A stretch of 33,456 bases of DNA, taken from Clostridia bacterium. Lineage in GTDB: Bacteria; Bacillota; Clostridia; Oscillospirales; CAG-382. The translations under genes were made by a program, and so were the position numbers. The DNA is taken from contig CAAEPN010000005.1 in NCBI GenBank assembly GCA_900757905.1, positions 1 to 33,456 of the forward strand, written 5' to 3'. Positions within the stretch are counted from its first letter, which is position 1, and the number at the start of each line of letters is the position of its first letter. Shown in pieces: positions 8,365-17,186 of this stretch. The notes below the pieces were generated by a model that saw only the letters and a list, made by a program, of their open reading frames with translations, made no database searches and was not told where the DNA came from.

Positions 8365-9131
8365 TTTCTCTCCTTCTTTACCACATTCATCACACGTTCT
8401 GCACCGTCGGCAAGAAAAACCGTATCCATACCTAAGGCAAGAAAGGTATATCCCTCGCTTAAGGCTCCCGTAAGGTTTTCCTCTGCGGGAAGCACAATAT
8501 GCTGACCGGCCGCCTTGTGATGCTTCAAGCACGCTGCAAGCACCTTGCTTTTAGCAGCCTTTACGGACGGATGGTCGGTCTGCCCCACAACACCGTAAGA
8601 ACCGGATAGGTCATACGACCCGATCAATACGCCGTCGACGCCCTCGACCTCTAAGATCGCATCGATGTTCTCCACCGCTTCTTTGGATTCGATCATGACA
8701 ATGACGGTCGTTTCCTCGTTCGCTTCTTTTGCGTAAGCGTCGAAATCCTTGCCCCAGCCGTTTGCGCGGACAAACGCAAAGCCGCGGACGCCCTCCGGCG
8801 GATATTTCGCCGCCGCTACGGCTTTTTTTGCACTTTCGGCATTGTTCACAAGAGGAATAATGACGCCTTTTGCGCCGCAGTCAAGCACGCGCCGGATGGC
8901 AAGCGTATCGTTTTCGCGAAGCCGCGCCATCGGCTCGCAGCTTGCGCTTGCAGCCTTAACAGCCCGTGCAATGTCGCAGAATTCCTTTTCATTGCTGTCC
9001 GTATGCTCCATATCGACGACCATAAAATCAAAGCCTTTGCCGGCTAATATCTCCGCCGCCACGGTATTTCCGGTCTGAATCCAAGAACCGGTCACCGGAA
9101 GCCCTTTCTTCAACTTTTCCCGAACAGTCAT
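8361..9131 (-). CDS. HpcH/HpaI-family class II aldolase (2-keto-3-deoxy-sugar-acid aldolase)
   Basis: The track start at 9137 is TTG. The ATG at 9131 (MTVREKLKKGLPVTGSW) lies 7 nt after AAGGAGA. Family motifs FDFMVVDMEHTD and MIESKEAVENIDAI are present. Confidence 0.9.
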   Translation of the reverse strand: MTVREKLKKGLPVTGSWIQTGNTVAAEILAGKGFDFMVVDMEHTDSNEKEFCDIARAVKAASASCEPMARLRENDTLAIRRVLDCGAKGVIIPLVNNAESAKKAVAAAKYPPEGVRGFAFVRANGWGKDFDAYAKEANEETTVIVMIESKEAVENIDAILEVEGVDGVLIGSYDLSGSYGVVGQTDHPSVKAAKSKVLAACLKHHKAAGQHIVLPAEENLTGALSEGYTFLALGMDTVFLADGAERVMNVVKKERK

Positions 9132-9147
9132 ATTCAAGTCTCCTTAA

Positions 9148-9161
9148 CTAAAATTATTTAG
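9148..9161. promoter_or_regulatory. AT-rich dyad CTAAAATTATTTAG (site A) in the aldolase-operon leader
   Basis: Its reverse complement differs at 1 of 14 positions from site B at 9234-9247. It lies between the minus-strand promoter and the aldolase RBS. Confidence 0.35.
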
Positions 9162-9190
9162 CATTTTCAATTTTTTCTTCTGTCAGCTGC

Positions 9191-9219
9191 ATTGTAACAC
9201 AGCAAGTCACAGTTGTCAA
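9191..9219 (-). promoter_or_regulatory. Near-consensus sigma-A promoter of the aldolase-dehydratase operon
   Basis: On the minus strand: TTGACA (rc of 9214-9219), a 17-nt spacer, then TACAAT (rc of 9191-9196). Confidence 0.65.
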
Positions 9220-9233
9220 TAGAGCGAAATACA

Positions 9234-9247
9234 CTAAATTATTTTAG
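9234..9247. promoter_or_regulatory. AT-rich dyad CTAAATTATTTTAG (site B)
   Basis: Inverted partner of site A, 72 bp away. It lies upstream of both divergent -35 boxes. Confidence 0.35.
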
Positions 9248-9255
9248 CTCGTTTC

Positions 9256-9284
9256 TTGACAAGGCAAGCGAAATATGCTATTCT
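9256..9284 (+). promoter_or_regulatory. Sigma-A promoter for the LacI-family gene
   Basis: TTGACA (9256-9261), a 17-nt spacer, then TATTCT (9279-9284). Confidence 0.55.
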
Positions 9285-9321
9285 GATACAAACGAAACCA
9301 CATGTCAAGGAGCAAATAGAA

Positions 9322-10353
9322 ATGAAAGTCACCGCTGCCGATGTTGCAAAGCTTGCAGGCGTATCCCGAACGACCGTATCGCTTGTGTTGACCGAAAACA
9401 CCTCTGTCGTTCTTTCCGAGCCGACAAAAAAACGCGTCATAGAGGCAGCCAAGCAGCTGCAATACGGGCCGTTTTCCGAAAAAAGAATGTCGCCGTATTC
9501 AAAGGAATTCGCAGCCGTGATCTTACCGACCTTACTCAATCCGTTTTATCCGGAATCCTTAAACAGCATTACTTCCATATTGTCGGATTACGGCTATAAA
9601 ACGCTGATCCACTGTACAAATAAAAACGCCGACAGCGAAAAAGCCTTTTTAAAAGGACTGGATAAGCGTTCGGTAAAAATGATTCTTTTTACTTACACGC
9701 CCTTAGCACGAGAAACCGCCAAAGCCGTCGCCGGGCAGATCCCGACCTGCGTTTTGGGAGAATTGAATTTTTCCATGTCCTGCTTAAATATCGCACTTGA
9801 CAGCGAAAACGCGGGATACCGGACGATCAAGCACCTTTGGGAAAGCGGCAGAAGAAAAATATGCTTTGTGTCCAACGGCTTAAACTCGCTGTCACTGTCG
9901 AGAAAAAAGCGATTGGACGGAATCAGAAAATATGCCGCCGAAGTCGGTGCGGCGGACAGTCTGTTTCTTGCCATAGAGGACAAGGAAAGCGATGAATATG
10001 AGACCGGCTACCGGCAGACATTAGCGGCTTTGGCAAAAAATCCCGAAATTGACGCAGTCATCGGCGTCAATGATCTTGTCGCCATAGGCGCTATGAACGC
10101 TATACGGGATCATGGAGCGGAGGTTCCGGGCGATATTGCCGTTGTCGGCTTTGACAACAGTAAGCTTGCAAGCCACTATACGCCAAAACTCACCTCGGTG
10201 GAGCATCATATCTATGACCGCACAAAGTTAGCGATTGCAACACTGCTTGACGATAAGCGCAAGGCCATGTCCAAAAAGATCATTTATGAGCCGACATTGA
10301 TTATCCGGGAAAGCTCCGGACAGACCCCGGTCGAGTTCTCCGCTTTATCGTGA
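9322..10353 (+). CDS. LacI-family transcriptional regulator
   Basis: Track ORF trimmed to the ATG at 9322 after AAGGAG. HTH region MKVTAADVAKLAGVSRTTVSLVL, followed by a periplasmic-binding-protein-like sugar domain (GVNDLVAIGAMNAIRDHGAEVPGDIAVVGFDN). Confidence 0.9.
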   Translation: MKVTAADVAKLAGVSRTTVSLVLTENTSVVLSEPTKKRVIEAAKQLQYGPFSEKRMSPYSKEFAAVILPTLLNPFYPESLNSITSILSDYGYKTLIHCTNKNADSEKAFLKGLDKRSVKMILFTYTPLARETAKAVAGQIPTCVLGELNFSMSCLNIALDSENAGYRTIKHLWESGRRKICFVSNGLNSLSLSRKKRLDGIRKYAAEVGAADSLFLAIEDKESDEYETGYRQTLAALAKNPEIDAVIGVNDLVAIGAMNAIRDHGAEVPGDIAVVGFDNSKLASHYTPKLTSVEHHIYDRTKLAIATLLDDKRKAMSKKIIYEPTLIIRESSGQTPVEFSALS

Positions 10354-10435
10354 TTCATTTAATCGCTTGCCGTGTACTTTAGCCGAAAAAAAGATGAATG
10401 CAGATTTCAGCTATACCTGCGGTGCAGGTATTCGC

Positions 10436-10464
10436 TTGACAAAACGTGCTGTATACGATATAAT
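10436..10464 (+). promoter_or_regulatory. Perfect consensus sigma-A promoter of the low-GC two-gene island
   Basis: TTGACA (10436-10441), a 17-nt spacer, then TATAAT (10459-10464). An 8-bp-stem hairpin ATACCTGC-GGT-GCAGGTAT (10413-10431) sits immediately upstream. Confidence 0.65.
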
Positions 10465-10525
10465 GCTGATGTCAGTACTCTTTACACCAAATCGTTTTTT
10501 ACGCTATGGGACGAGGTAACAATTT

Positions 10526-10846
10526 ATGAATCGCTATCAAAACATAATTAAGTACATACCTTTTTTCAATATAATTTGTGTTTTCCAATTGCTTGTCTGC
10601 CTTTTAAAAAACTCATTTTATATCCACGCCAAAGAAAAATACAGTGCCCTTTTTCGGCCAATGCTGGTATTACTCGGAATCAACATTCCGGTCATAATTG
10701 CCCGATATTATTTGACGAATGCAACTATTTTATACATCGTGAATTTCTTAGATGCTTTGATTTCTTTGTATGTTTGGGCCGAGCTATGCATAAGAGAGCA
10801 AAAACGCATTGAGGAGTTCAGTAAACAGTGTAAAACGACTCCGTGA
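10526..10846 (+). CDS. Small hypothetical membrane protein (about 3 TM segments, charged C-terminal tail)
   Basis: GAGGT RBS 8 nt before the ATG. Hydrophobic stretches IPFFNIICVFQLLVCLL, PMLVLLGINIPVIIARYYL and ILYIVNFLDALISLYVWAELCI, then REQKRIEEFSKQCKTTP. I recognise no family. Confidence 0.6.
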   Translation: MNRYQNIIKYIPFFNIICVFQLLVCLLKNSFYIHAKEKYSALFRPMLVLLGINIPVIIARYYLTNATILYIVNFLDALISLYVWAELCIREQKRIEEFSKQCKTTP

Positions 10847-10865
10847 TATGCTTTGAGGAGGCATT

Positions 10866-11888
10866 ATGAATCACTTTACAACCAAATTAGCCAACTCCTT
10901 GAATTTTTTGAACCATGTAGCAGCCTGCAAGAATTACAGTGAGTACGCGGAAACAGTTGTACACAGTTCCTTTTATCAAACTCTATTGGATCGTTACATG
11001 AAGAACGACGCTTATTTCAAGGATGAAGTTCAAAAAATGCTTGACCCGGTAACCGGCTTGGTTTCGGAAAAAGACTTTGAAAAAATAAAGGAGTATGCCG
11101 CTTGCTGCCGCGGAATGCAGAAACAGGCGGAAGAGGAGGCGTTGGAGGAAATCGAAGACCTGAAACACAGCCCCAATGCCGATATAAGGCAGCTTGCCGA
11201 ATGCGCCGAGGACTGGTTTTATGATATGAAGATAACGCGCTGTACAGTGGATTCGGAAAACGTGGTTGATCTTGCTATTCCAAGCGATTGCGGCACAAAA
11301 CAATGCGTCATGCAGTTCCGGAACATTGTCCCATTAAACGAAGAAAAAATCGAACAATGTACCGGCTGTGTGGTAACGGAAATTGAGTTTCGGAAAACCG
11401 ATGACGGTTCTTATACATTGGAGCTTGACTTGGTTAACAGTGCAAAAGGAAAACTCATGACGGTCAGATTTGAATTCAAAGATATTCATGTGGAGATTTT
11501 GCCGTATAAACCGGTTGATCCATGGGATAAATATGACCAAAGTTCCAATGATAATATACGGAAACTCGCGGAATGTGCGCAAAGTTGGTTTGTCGGAGCC
11601 GAAATTACTTATTTTGCTGAAAGTCCAAAAAACGATGTTTCTTTTGTTTTATCCGCGCGCGGCGGCAAGAAAAAATGTCGGCTGAAATTCCGAAACCGTG
11701 AACCGTTGGACAAGAATTTGATTTTAAAATGCGTAGGGAATCAAGTGTTTTCTCCCTCACTTTCCGAGAATGAAGCGGGTTACTATGAATTGAAATTTCT
11801 TGCATGGAACGAGTGCAAAATACCGGTAGAACCGGTATCTTCTTGGAAATTTGAGTTCAAAAATATCTTGGTTGACATCATGGGATGA
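10866..11888 (+). CDS. Hypothetical cytoplasmic protein with two tandem ~110-aa repeats
   Basis: GAGGAGG RBS. Repeat 1 begins DIRQLAECAEDWF, contains KQCVMQFRN and ends RFEFKDIHVEIL. Repeat 2 begins NIRKLAECAQSWF, contains KKCRLKFRN and ends KFEFKNILVDIM. No signal peptide and no catalytic motif I recognise. Confidence 0.75.
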   Translation: MNHFTTKLANSLNFLNHVAACKNYSEYAETVVHSSFYQTLLDRYMKNDAYFKDEVQKMLDPVTGLVSEKDFEKIKEYAACCRGMQKQAEEEALEEIEDLKHSPNADIRQLAECAEDWFYDMKITRCTVDSENVVDLAIPSDCGTKQCVMQFRNIVPLNEEKIEQCTGCVVTEIEFRKTDDGSYTLELDLVNSAKGKLMTVRFEFKDIHVEILPYKPVDPWDKYDQSSNDNIRKLAECAQSWFVGAEITYFAESPKNDVSFVLSARGGKKKCRLKFRNREPLDKNLILKCVGNQVFSPSLSENEAGYYELKFLAWNECKIPVEPVSSWKFEFKNILVDIMG

Positions 11889-11927
11889 ATGCTTCACATA
11901 GTATCAAATTCCAATATTACAAGAAAA

Positions 11928-11966
11928 GCGCAGTCTACTTTTTTTCGCAGACTGCGCTTTTTTTGC
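11928..11966. terminator. Bidirectional intrinsic terminator between the island and the his operon
   Basis: AGCGCAGTCT (11928-11937) pairs with AGACTGCGCT (11950-11959). A T7 run follows and an A-run precedes. Confidence 0.7.
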
Positions 11967-12014
11967 GCGGTTTCAGAACAAATTCAAGCCTTCTTACAGC
12001 ATCCGCCCAAAGGC

Positions 12015-12773
12015 TTAAAAGGTTTCGCATATGTTATTTATTCTTATATCGCCGAACCCAAAGCACAAATTTTCTGCACTGTGCGCGTCGCTGGACAAAA
12101 TAAACTTTCCGCCGAGACTTGCAATTTTCCTTATAAGATCTTCACCCGGATACGGCGTTTTTCGGTATCCGCGAGATACCGCACCGGTGTTTATCTCAAA
12201 CGGAACGCCATATTGCACAAGATCTTCGATCGCACGGTACGCGCATTCTTTGTACCGGTCATTGTTTTCATCAAAAAATCTTCCGCCCTCATTGAATTTT
12301 GATACAAGGTCAAAATGCCCAATGATATCGGCCCCCGTCTTCCCCACCACATGCGACACAAGCTGAAAATATTCCTTTGCCAGAGCATAATAATCGCCGC
12401 CGAACTTGTTTTCTGCAAGCGCCTTGAAATTTTCCGCACTCTCGTCCACCGAAAAGTATTCGCCGCCGATCTTGATATAATGCACCGAACCGATGACATA
12501 ATCGCAGCCGCTGTCCGCCGTATCGGAAAAATAGTCTTTTTCGACGCCTTTGAATATTTCGATCTTTCCGTGGTATTTTTCGCGCAGACGGTCGATTTCA
12601 TCACAAAAAGCGGTTTCATTTCCCTTTTTGATACAGCATTCCTCGTCAAACGGCACATACGAATGATAGACCAACCCGATTTTTCCCATATGAAGCTTTA
12701 TCGCCGCCAGAATCATTTCTTCGGGCGAATTTTTGCCGTCACAAAAACAGGTATGGACGTGAAAATCATTCAT
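12015..12773 (-). CDS. hisJ: Histidinol-phosphatase, PHP family
   Basis: Starts [20 protein letters not shown] (PHP metal-binding HxH), with later GHFD and SDAHS motifs. The start overlaps the hisIE stop (ATGA). Confidence 0.85.
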   Translation of the reverse strand: MNDFHVHTCFCDGKNSPEEMILAAIKLHMGKIGLVYHSYVPFDEECCIKKGNETAFCDEIDRLREKYHGKIEIFKGVEKDYFSDTADSGCDYVIGSVHYIKIGGEYFSVDESAENFKALAENKFGGDYYALAKEYFQLVSHVVGKTGADIIGHFDLVSKFNEGGRFFDENNDRYKECAYRAIEDLVQYGVPFEINTGAVSRGYRKTPYPGEDLIRKIASLGGKFILSSDAHSAENLCFGFGDIRINNICETF

Positions 12774-13429
12774 TTTGTCATTTTCTCCTGCTTCACCTTG
12801 TGGTCGATGACATTGCGCGACGCAAGCTCATACTGAATATCGCGAAGACTGATTCCCGTGTGCGCCATGAGCACCAAAACATGATAGCACAGGTCGGCTA
12901 TTTCGTAGATCGTTTCTTTTTTGTCCTCCGCTTTCGCCGCGATAATCACTTCGGTACTTTCCTCTCCCACTTTTTTGAGGATTTTGTCTAATCCTTTTTC
13001 AAAAAGATAGGTCGTGTACGACCCCTCTTTCATCTCTTTTTTGCGGTCAAGAAGAAGATTCATGAGCTTAGAAAGCGAAAATTCGGTCATCGTATCATCG
13101 TGACAAACCGTGTTGGTAAAGCAGCTTTCCGTACCGGTATGGCACGCAGGGCCATCCTTTTCCACAATAACGTTTAACGCGTCGTAATCGCAGTCTGCTG
13201 TAATCGATACAATATGCTGATAATTTCCGCTTGTTTCGCCCTTTGTCCAAAGCGTGTTTCTCGAACGGCTCCAAAAGCAGGTAAGGCCCTTTTCGATCGA
13301 CTTTTCAAGGCTTTCTCTGTTCATATACGCAAGCGTGAGCACATCTTTTGTGATGTTGTCGGTCACGATAGCCGGGATAAGCCCCTTTTCGTCAAATTTT
13401 AATTTGTTGATATCAAAATCACACTTCAT
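12770..13429 (-). CDS. hisI: Bifunctional phosphoribosyl-AMP cyclohydrolase / phosphoribosyl-ATP pyrophosphatase
   Basis: HisI half: [31 protein letters not shown]. HisE half: [30 protein letters not shown]. Confidence 0.95.
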   Translation of the reverse strand: MKCDFDINKLKFDEKGLIPAIVTDNITKDVLTLAYMNRESLEKSIEKGLTCFWSRSRNTLWTKGETSGNYQHIVSITADCDYDALNVIVEKDGPACHTGTESCFTNTVCHDDTMTEFSLSKLMNLLLDRKKEMKEGSYTTYLFEKGLDKILKKVGEESTEVIIAAKAEDKKETIYEIADLCYHVLVLMAHTGISLRDIQYELASRNVIDHKVKQEKMTK

Positions 13430-13442
13430 TTTTATCGCTCCT

Positions 13443-14201
13443 TTAAATTCTAACCAAAATTCCGTTTTCTTTCAACGTGCGCTTCAAATCGGGAATCTCC
13501 ACCTCTTTGAAGTGGAAGATCGACGCGGCTAATCCTGCGTCCACCTTCGGGAGTTTTGTAAAAAGCTCGACAAAATCTTCTTTTTTGCCGGCTCCGCCCG
13601 ACGCGATAACCGGAACATTCACCGCATTGCACACCGCGTCCAACATTTCAAGGTCAAATCCGCCTTTCACGCCGTCGGTGTCGATGGAATTCAAAACGAC
13701 CTCGCCGGCACCTCTGTCGACGCACTGTTTAATCCACGAAACCGCCTCAAGACCGGTTCTTTCGCGTCCGCCTTTGGCATATACGGTAAACTGTCCGTTT
13801 TCGCGCTTTACGTCCGCCGAAAGAACCACGCACTGATTTCCGTATTTTTTCGCCGCCTCGCAGATTAAGTCCGGATTTTTAAGCGCACCCGAATTGACGC
13901 TTACCTTGTCCGCGCCGCATTTTAACATCCGGTCAAAATCGTCCACGGTGTTGATGCCGCCGCCGACCGTAAGCGGAATGAAAATCGTTTCGGCAACCTT
14001 TTTTAAGATATCGGTAAAAAGCGCTCTGCCCTCGGCCGACGCGGTTATGTCGTAAAAAACAAGCTCGTCCGCGCCGTTGTCGCTGTAATACTTTGCAAGC
14101 TCCACCGGCGACGAAACGTCCGACAATCCCTCAAAATTCACGCCCTTGACCACGCGGCCGTTCTTTACGTCAAGACACGGGATAATTCGTTTTGTGATCA
14201 T
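13443..14201 (-). CDS. hisF: Imidazole glycerol phosphate synthase, cyclase subunit
   Basis: Starts [20 protein letters not shown], with later LTVGGGI and IASGGAG motifs. ATGA overlap with the hisA stop. Confidence 0.95.
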   Translation of the reverse strand: MITKRIIPCLDVKNGRVVKGVNFEGLSDVSSPVELAKYYSDNGADELVFYDITASAEGRALFTDILKKVAETIFIPLTVGGGINTVDDFDRMLKCGADKVSVNSGALKNPDLICEAAKKYGNQCVVLSADVKRENGQFTVYAKGGRERTGLEAVSWIKQCVDRGAGEVVLNSIDTDGVKGGFDLEMLDAVCNAVNVPVIASGGAGKKEDFVELFTKLPKVDAGLAASIFHFKEVEIPDLKRTLKENGILVRI

Positions 14202-14911
14202 TTTGCCACCTCGGTTGCTTCGGCAAGCGATATCGCCTTTGTATAGTATGCCTTGCCGATGATCGCACCGTAAATTCCCAAAGCTTTGAGCTTTTTTATA
14301 TCGGCTATGCTGCTCACGCCGCCCGACGCGATGATGTTGATATCGAATTTTTCAGACATATCCTTGTATAGACCGACGTTTGTGCCCTGCATTGCGCCAT
14401 CCTTTGAAACGTCGGTGCAGATTACGGTTTTAACGCCGATATCCTGCATCTTCTCACAAAACTCAAACGGCGTAAACTTACTTAGATCCGTCCAGCCCTT
14501 TATGGCGACAAATCCGTCCTTTATGTCGATCCCCACCGCGATCTTATCGCCGTATATCCGAACCGCACTTTGCAAAAATTCCTCATCATTCACCGCCGCC
14601 GTGCCGAGAATGACGCGTCCCACACCGGCATTTACGTATTTTTCCACCGTTTCAAGCGTGCGTATTCCGCCGCCGACTTCGGTAAAAAGAGAGGTGCTTT
14701 GCACAATTTTCTCAATCGTGCCGATGTTCGGCGTATCGCCTGTTTTCGCACCCTCAAGGTCTACCACGTGCAAGAACTCCGCTCCCGAATTTTCAAAATC
14801 CTTTGCGATCTCAAGCGGAGCTTCACTGTAAACCGTCATTTCCCGGTAATCGCCCTTTAAAAGTCGCACCGCCTTGCCGTCATACAAATCGATTGCAGGA
14901 AAAATATGCAT
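14198..14911 (-). CDS. hisA: ProFAR isomerase
   Basis: Starts MHIFPAIDLYDGKAVRL, with later VGGGIRT and IASGGVSS motifs. GGAGG RBS. Confidence 0.95.
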   Translation of the reverse strand: MHIFPAIDLYDGKAVRLLKGDYREMTVYSEAPLEIAKDFENSGAEFLHVVDLEGAKTGDTPNIGTIEKIVQSTSLFTEVGGGIRTLETVEKYVNAGVGRVILGTAAVNDEEFLQSAVRIYGDKIAVGIDIKDGFVAIKGWTDLSKFTPFEFCEKMQDIGVKTVICTDVSKDGAMQGTNVGLYKDMSEKFDINIIASGGVSSIADIKKLKALGIYGAIIGKAYYTKAISLAEATEVAK

Positions 14912-14914
14912 TTT

Positions 14915-15532
14915 CTACTCCTCCTTTTCACAAAATGCACGCAAAATGTTAAGCCCCGTCTTTCCGCTTTTTTCAGGATGGAACTGGCATCCGTACACAT
15001 TTCCGCACTGTACCGCGGCGGTGAGCTTGGCTCCATATTCCGCATTTGCAATAACGCTTTCTTCGCAATCCGCCGCATAATACGAATGGACAAAATACAC
15101 AAAATCGCCGTCGCTTATATACTTGAAGATCTCGCTTTTCTTATCGGTAAATTCCAACGAATTCCAGCCGATATGCGGCACTTTCAGATCCTTTCCGATC
15201 CTGTCGGCTATCGGACGGATCTCGCCCTTTATCAGTCCAAGCCCCTCATGCTCGCCATATTCAAAGCTTTTGTCGAACAAAAGCTGCATACCGAGACAAA
15301 TTCCCATGACCGGCTTGCCTTTTTTTGCCTCTGAAACGATAACCTCGTCAAGACGCGCGTCTTTCAGCTTTTTTATCGCGTCGCCAAACGCGCCCACACC
15401 GGGAAGAATGATCTTTTCCGCACTTTTGATTTTTTCACGGTCGCCCGTCACGCATGCGTCCGCGCCGACATAGGAAAGCGACCGGCTAAGTGAAAAAAGA
15501 TTTCCCACGCCATAATCGACAATTGCAATCAT
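14915..15532 (-). CDS. hisH: Imidazole glycerol phosphate synthase, glutamine amidotransferase subunit
   Basis: The track start at 15535 is TTG; the ATG at 15532 overlaps the hisB TGA by 1 nt. Motifs IAIVDYGVGNL, GICLGMQLL (catalytic Cys) and QFHPEKS are present. Confidence 0.95.
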   Translation of the reverse strand: MIAIVDYGVGNLFSLSRSLSYVGADACVTGDREKIKSAEKIILPGVGAFGDAIKKLKDARLDEVIVSEAKKGKPVMGICLGMQLLFDKSFEYGEHEGLGLIKGEIRPIADRIGKDLKVPHIGWNSLEFTDKKSEIFKYISDGDFVYFVHSYYAADCEESVIANAEYGAKLTAAVQCGNVYGCQFHPEKSGKTGLNILRAFCEKEE

Positions 15533-16119
15533 CAAAGCACTCCCTTTGTTGACGGAATTTCGTCCTTGAATGCGCCGTCGATCTTAACCGCGCACGACAA
15601 CGTCCGTGCAAACGACTTGAACGCACCCTCGATGATGTGATGTGAATTTGTCCCTGAGATCTTCCTTATATGAAGCGTACATTTCGCGCTTCGCACAAAT
15701 GCCGCAAAAAACTCCTCGCAAAGCTCGGTATCAAACGTGCCGACTTTTTCGGTGGGAATATCGAGCGAATACGAAAGGTGAGACCGTCCCGACAAATCAA
15801 CCGCCGTTAAAATGAGAGACTCGTCCATGGGAAGAATGGTGTCGGCATAGCGCATAATGCCTTTTTTGTCGCCGAGCGCTTTATCAAAAGCCTCGCCGAG
15901 CGCAATTCCGATGTCCTCCACCGTGTGATGGTCGTCCACATAGGTATCACCCACACAGGAAAGCGTCAGATCAAAATGCGCATGCTTTGCAAAAAGCGTC
16001 AGCATATGCTCCAAAAATCCGCAGCCGCACTTGATCTCCGACTTTCCGCTTCCGTCAAGATCTAACGAAAGACTTATGTCCGTTTCGTTTGTTTTACGTT
16101 TGATCTCCGCCGCTCTCAT
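15532..16119 (-). CDS. hisB: Imidazoleglycerol-phosphate dehydratase
   Basis: Motifs DDHHTVEDIGIALG and NSHHIIEGAFKSFAR. ATGA overlap with the hisC stop. Confidence 0.95.
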   Translation of the reverse strand: MRAAEIKRKTNETDISLSLDLDGSGKSEIKCGCGFLEHMLTLFAKHAHFDLTLSCVGDTYVDDHHTVEDIGIALGEAFDKALGDKKGIMRYADTILPMDESLILTAVDLSGRSHLSYSLDIPTEKVGTFDTELCEEFFAAFVRSAKCTLHIRKISGTNSHHIIEGAFKSFARTLSCAVKIDGAFKDEIPSTKGVL

Positions 16120-17183
16120 GCCGTTTCCTCCTCTATAATTTCCTTTATTTTTTCGATAAGCACCGTCATTTCGTCCTTTGTGCCGACGGTGATCCGGTTA
16201 AAATCCTTGATGTGCTCACCGTTAAAGTGACGCACCAAAACGCCTTTTTCTTTCAGCTTTTTATAAAGCGTTTCTCCGCTTATGTTGTTGTGCCTTGCAA
16301 ATATAAAATTCGCCGAAGAAGCGGTCGTTTCAAAGCCGAGAGCTCTAAGTTCGTTCTGCACAGAGCCGCGAAGCACCATGATCTTTTTACAGTTTTCACG
16401 CGTGTACTCCTCGTCGTCTAAGATCCCCTCGCCAAGCGCCATTGTCATAGCGTTGACGTTGTAGGGATTTGTGGAAAAGCGCACCGTGTTTAAGTCGGCG
16501 ATCAGGCTTTTGCAGGCGATTCCGAAGCCAAGCCGGGCGCCTGCCGCCGAACGCGACTTTGAAAAGGTCTGCGTGACTAAAAGATTGTCGTATTTGTGTA
16601 TCAGCGAAACCGTGCTTTCACCGCCGAAATCAACGTAGGCCTCGTCGATCACAACGATGTTTTCGGGATTGTTTTTCACAATTTCTTCGACTTCGTTTAA
16701 GGCAAGCGCAATACCGGTCGGCGCGTTGGGATTGGCAAGAAACACCGTCGCATTTGCATGGAAATAATCCGCAATGTTTACTCTAAAATCATCCCCAAGC
16801 GGAATTTTTCTGTACGGTACGCCGTTGTAATCGGCGAAAACCTCATAAAACCCATAGGTTATATCGGGAAAAACCGCCGTTTTATCCTTGTCGCAAAACG
16901 CGGCAAAGGCAAAGTTTAAAATCTCGTCTGAGCCGTTGACCGCCATGACCTCGTCTTTTTCAACCCCGATGCATTTTGCGAATTTTTCATTCAAAGCCGT
17001 ACATTCCGGGTCGGGATAACGCATAAGACGGTTCAATATGTCCTTGACCCTTGAAAGCGCCTTCTCCGACGGCGGAAACGGCGATTCGTTGGTATTCAGT
17101 TTGATGTATTTTTTATCCTGCGGCTGTTCGCCCGGCGTATACGGAATCAGTTTTTCGAATTTCTGCGACATAAATCTAGTCAT
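16116..17183 (-). CDS. hisC: Histidinol-phosphate aminotransferase
   Basis: Class II aminotransferase. N-terminal LNTNESPFPPS, then NPNAPTG and the PLP-lysine context QTFSKSRSAAGARLG. Confidence 0.9.
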   Translation of the reverse strand: MTRFMSQKFEKLIPYTPGEQPQDKKYIKLNTNESPFPPSEKALSRVKDILNRLMRYPDPECTALNEKFAKCIGVEKDEVMAVNGSDEILNFAFAAFCDKDKTAVFPDITYGFYEVFADYNGVPYRKIPLGDDFRVNIADYFHANATVFLANPNAPTGIALALNEVEEIVKNNPENIVVIDEAYVDFGGESTVSLIHKYDNLLVTQTFSKSRSAAGARLGFGIACKSLIADLNTVRFSTNPYNVNAMTMALGEGILDDEEYTRENCKKIMVLRGSVQNELRALGFETTASSANFIFARHNNISGETLYKKLKEKGVLVRHFNGEHIKDFNRITVGTKDEMTVLIEKIKEIIEEETA

Positions 17184-17186
17184 ATT

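Noticed and set aside
8365-8532. N-terminal extensions of track ORFs (here the dehydratase; also 1516-1605, 2471-2572, 9256-9321, 18462-18545, 24969-25055, 25059-25166 and 29843-29932)
   Set aside because: The extensions start at codons without an SD sequence, run through the upstream gene or a promoter, and translate to Arg/Cys-rich junk. Internal ATG or GTG codons with good RBSs and family-typical N-termini were chosen instead.
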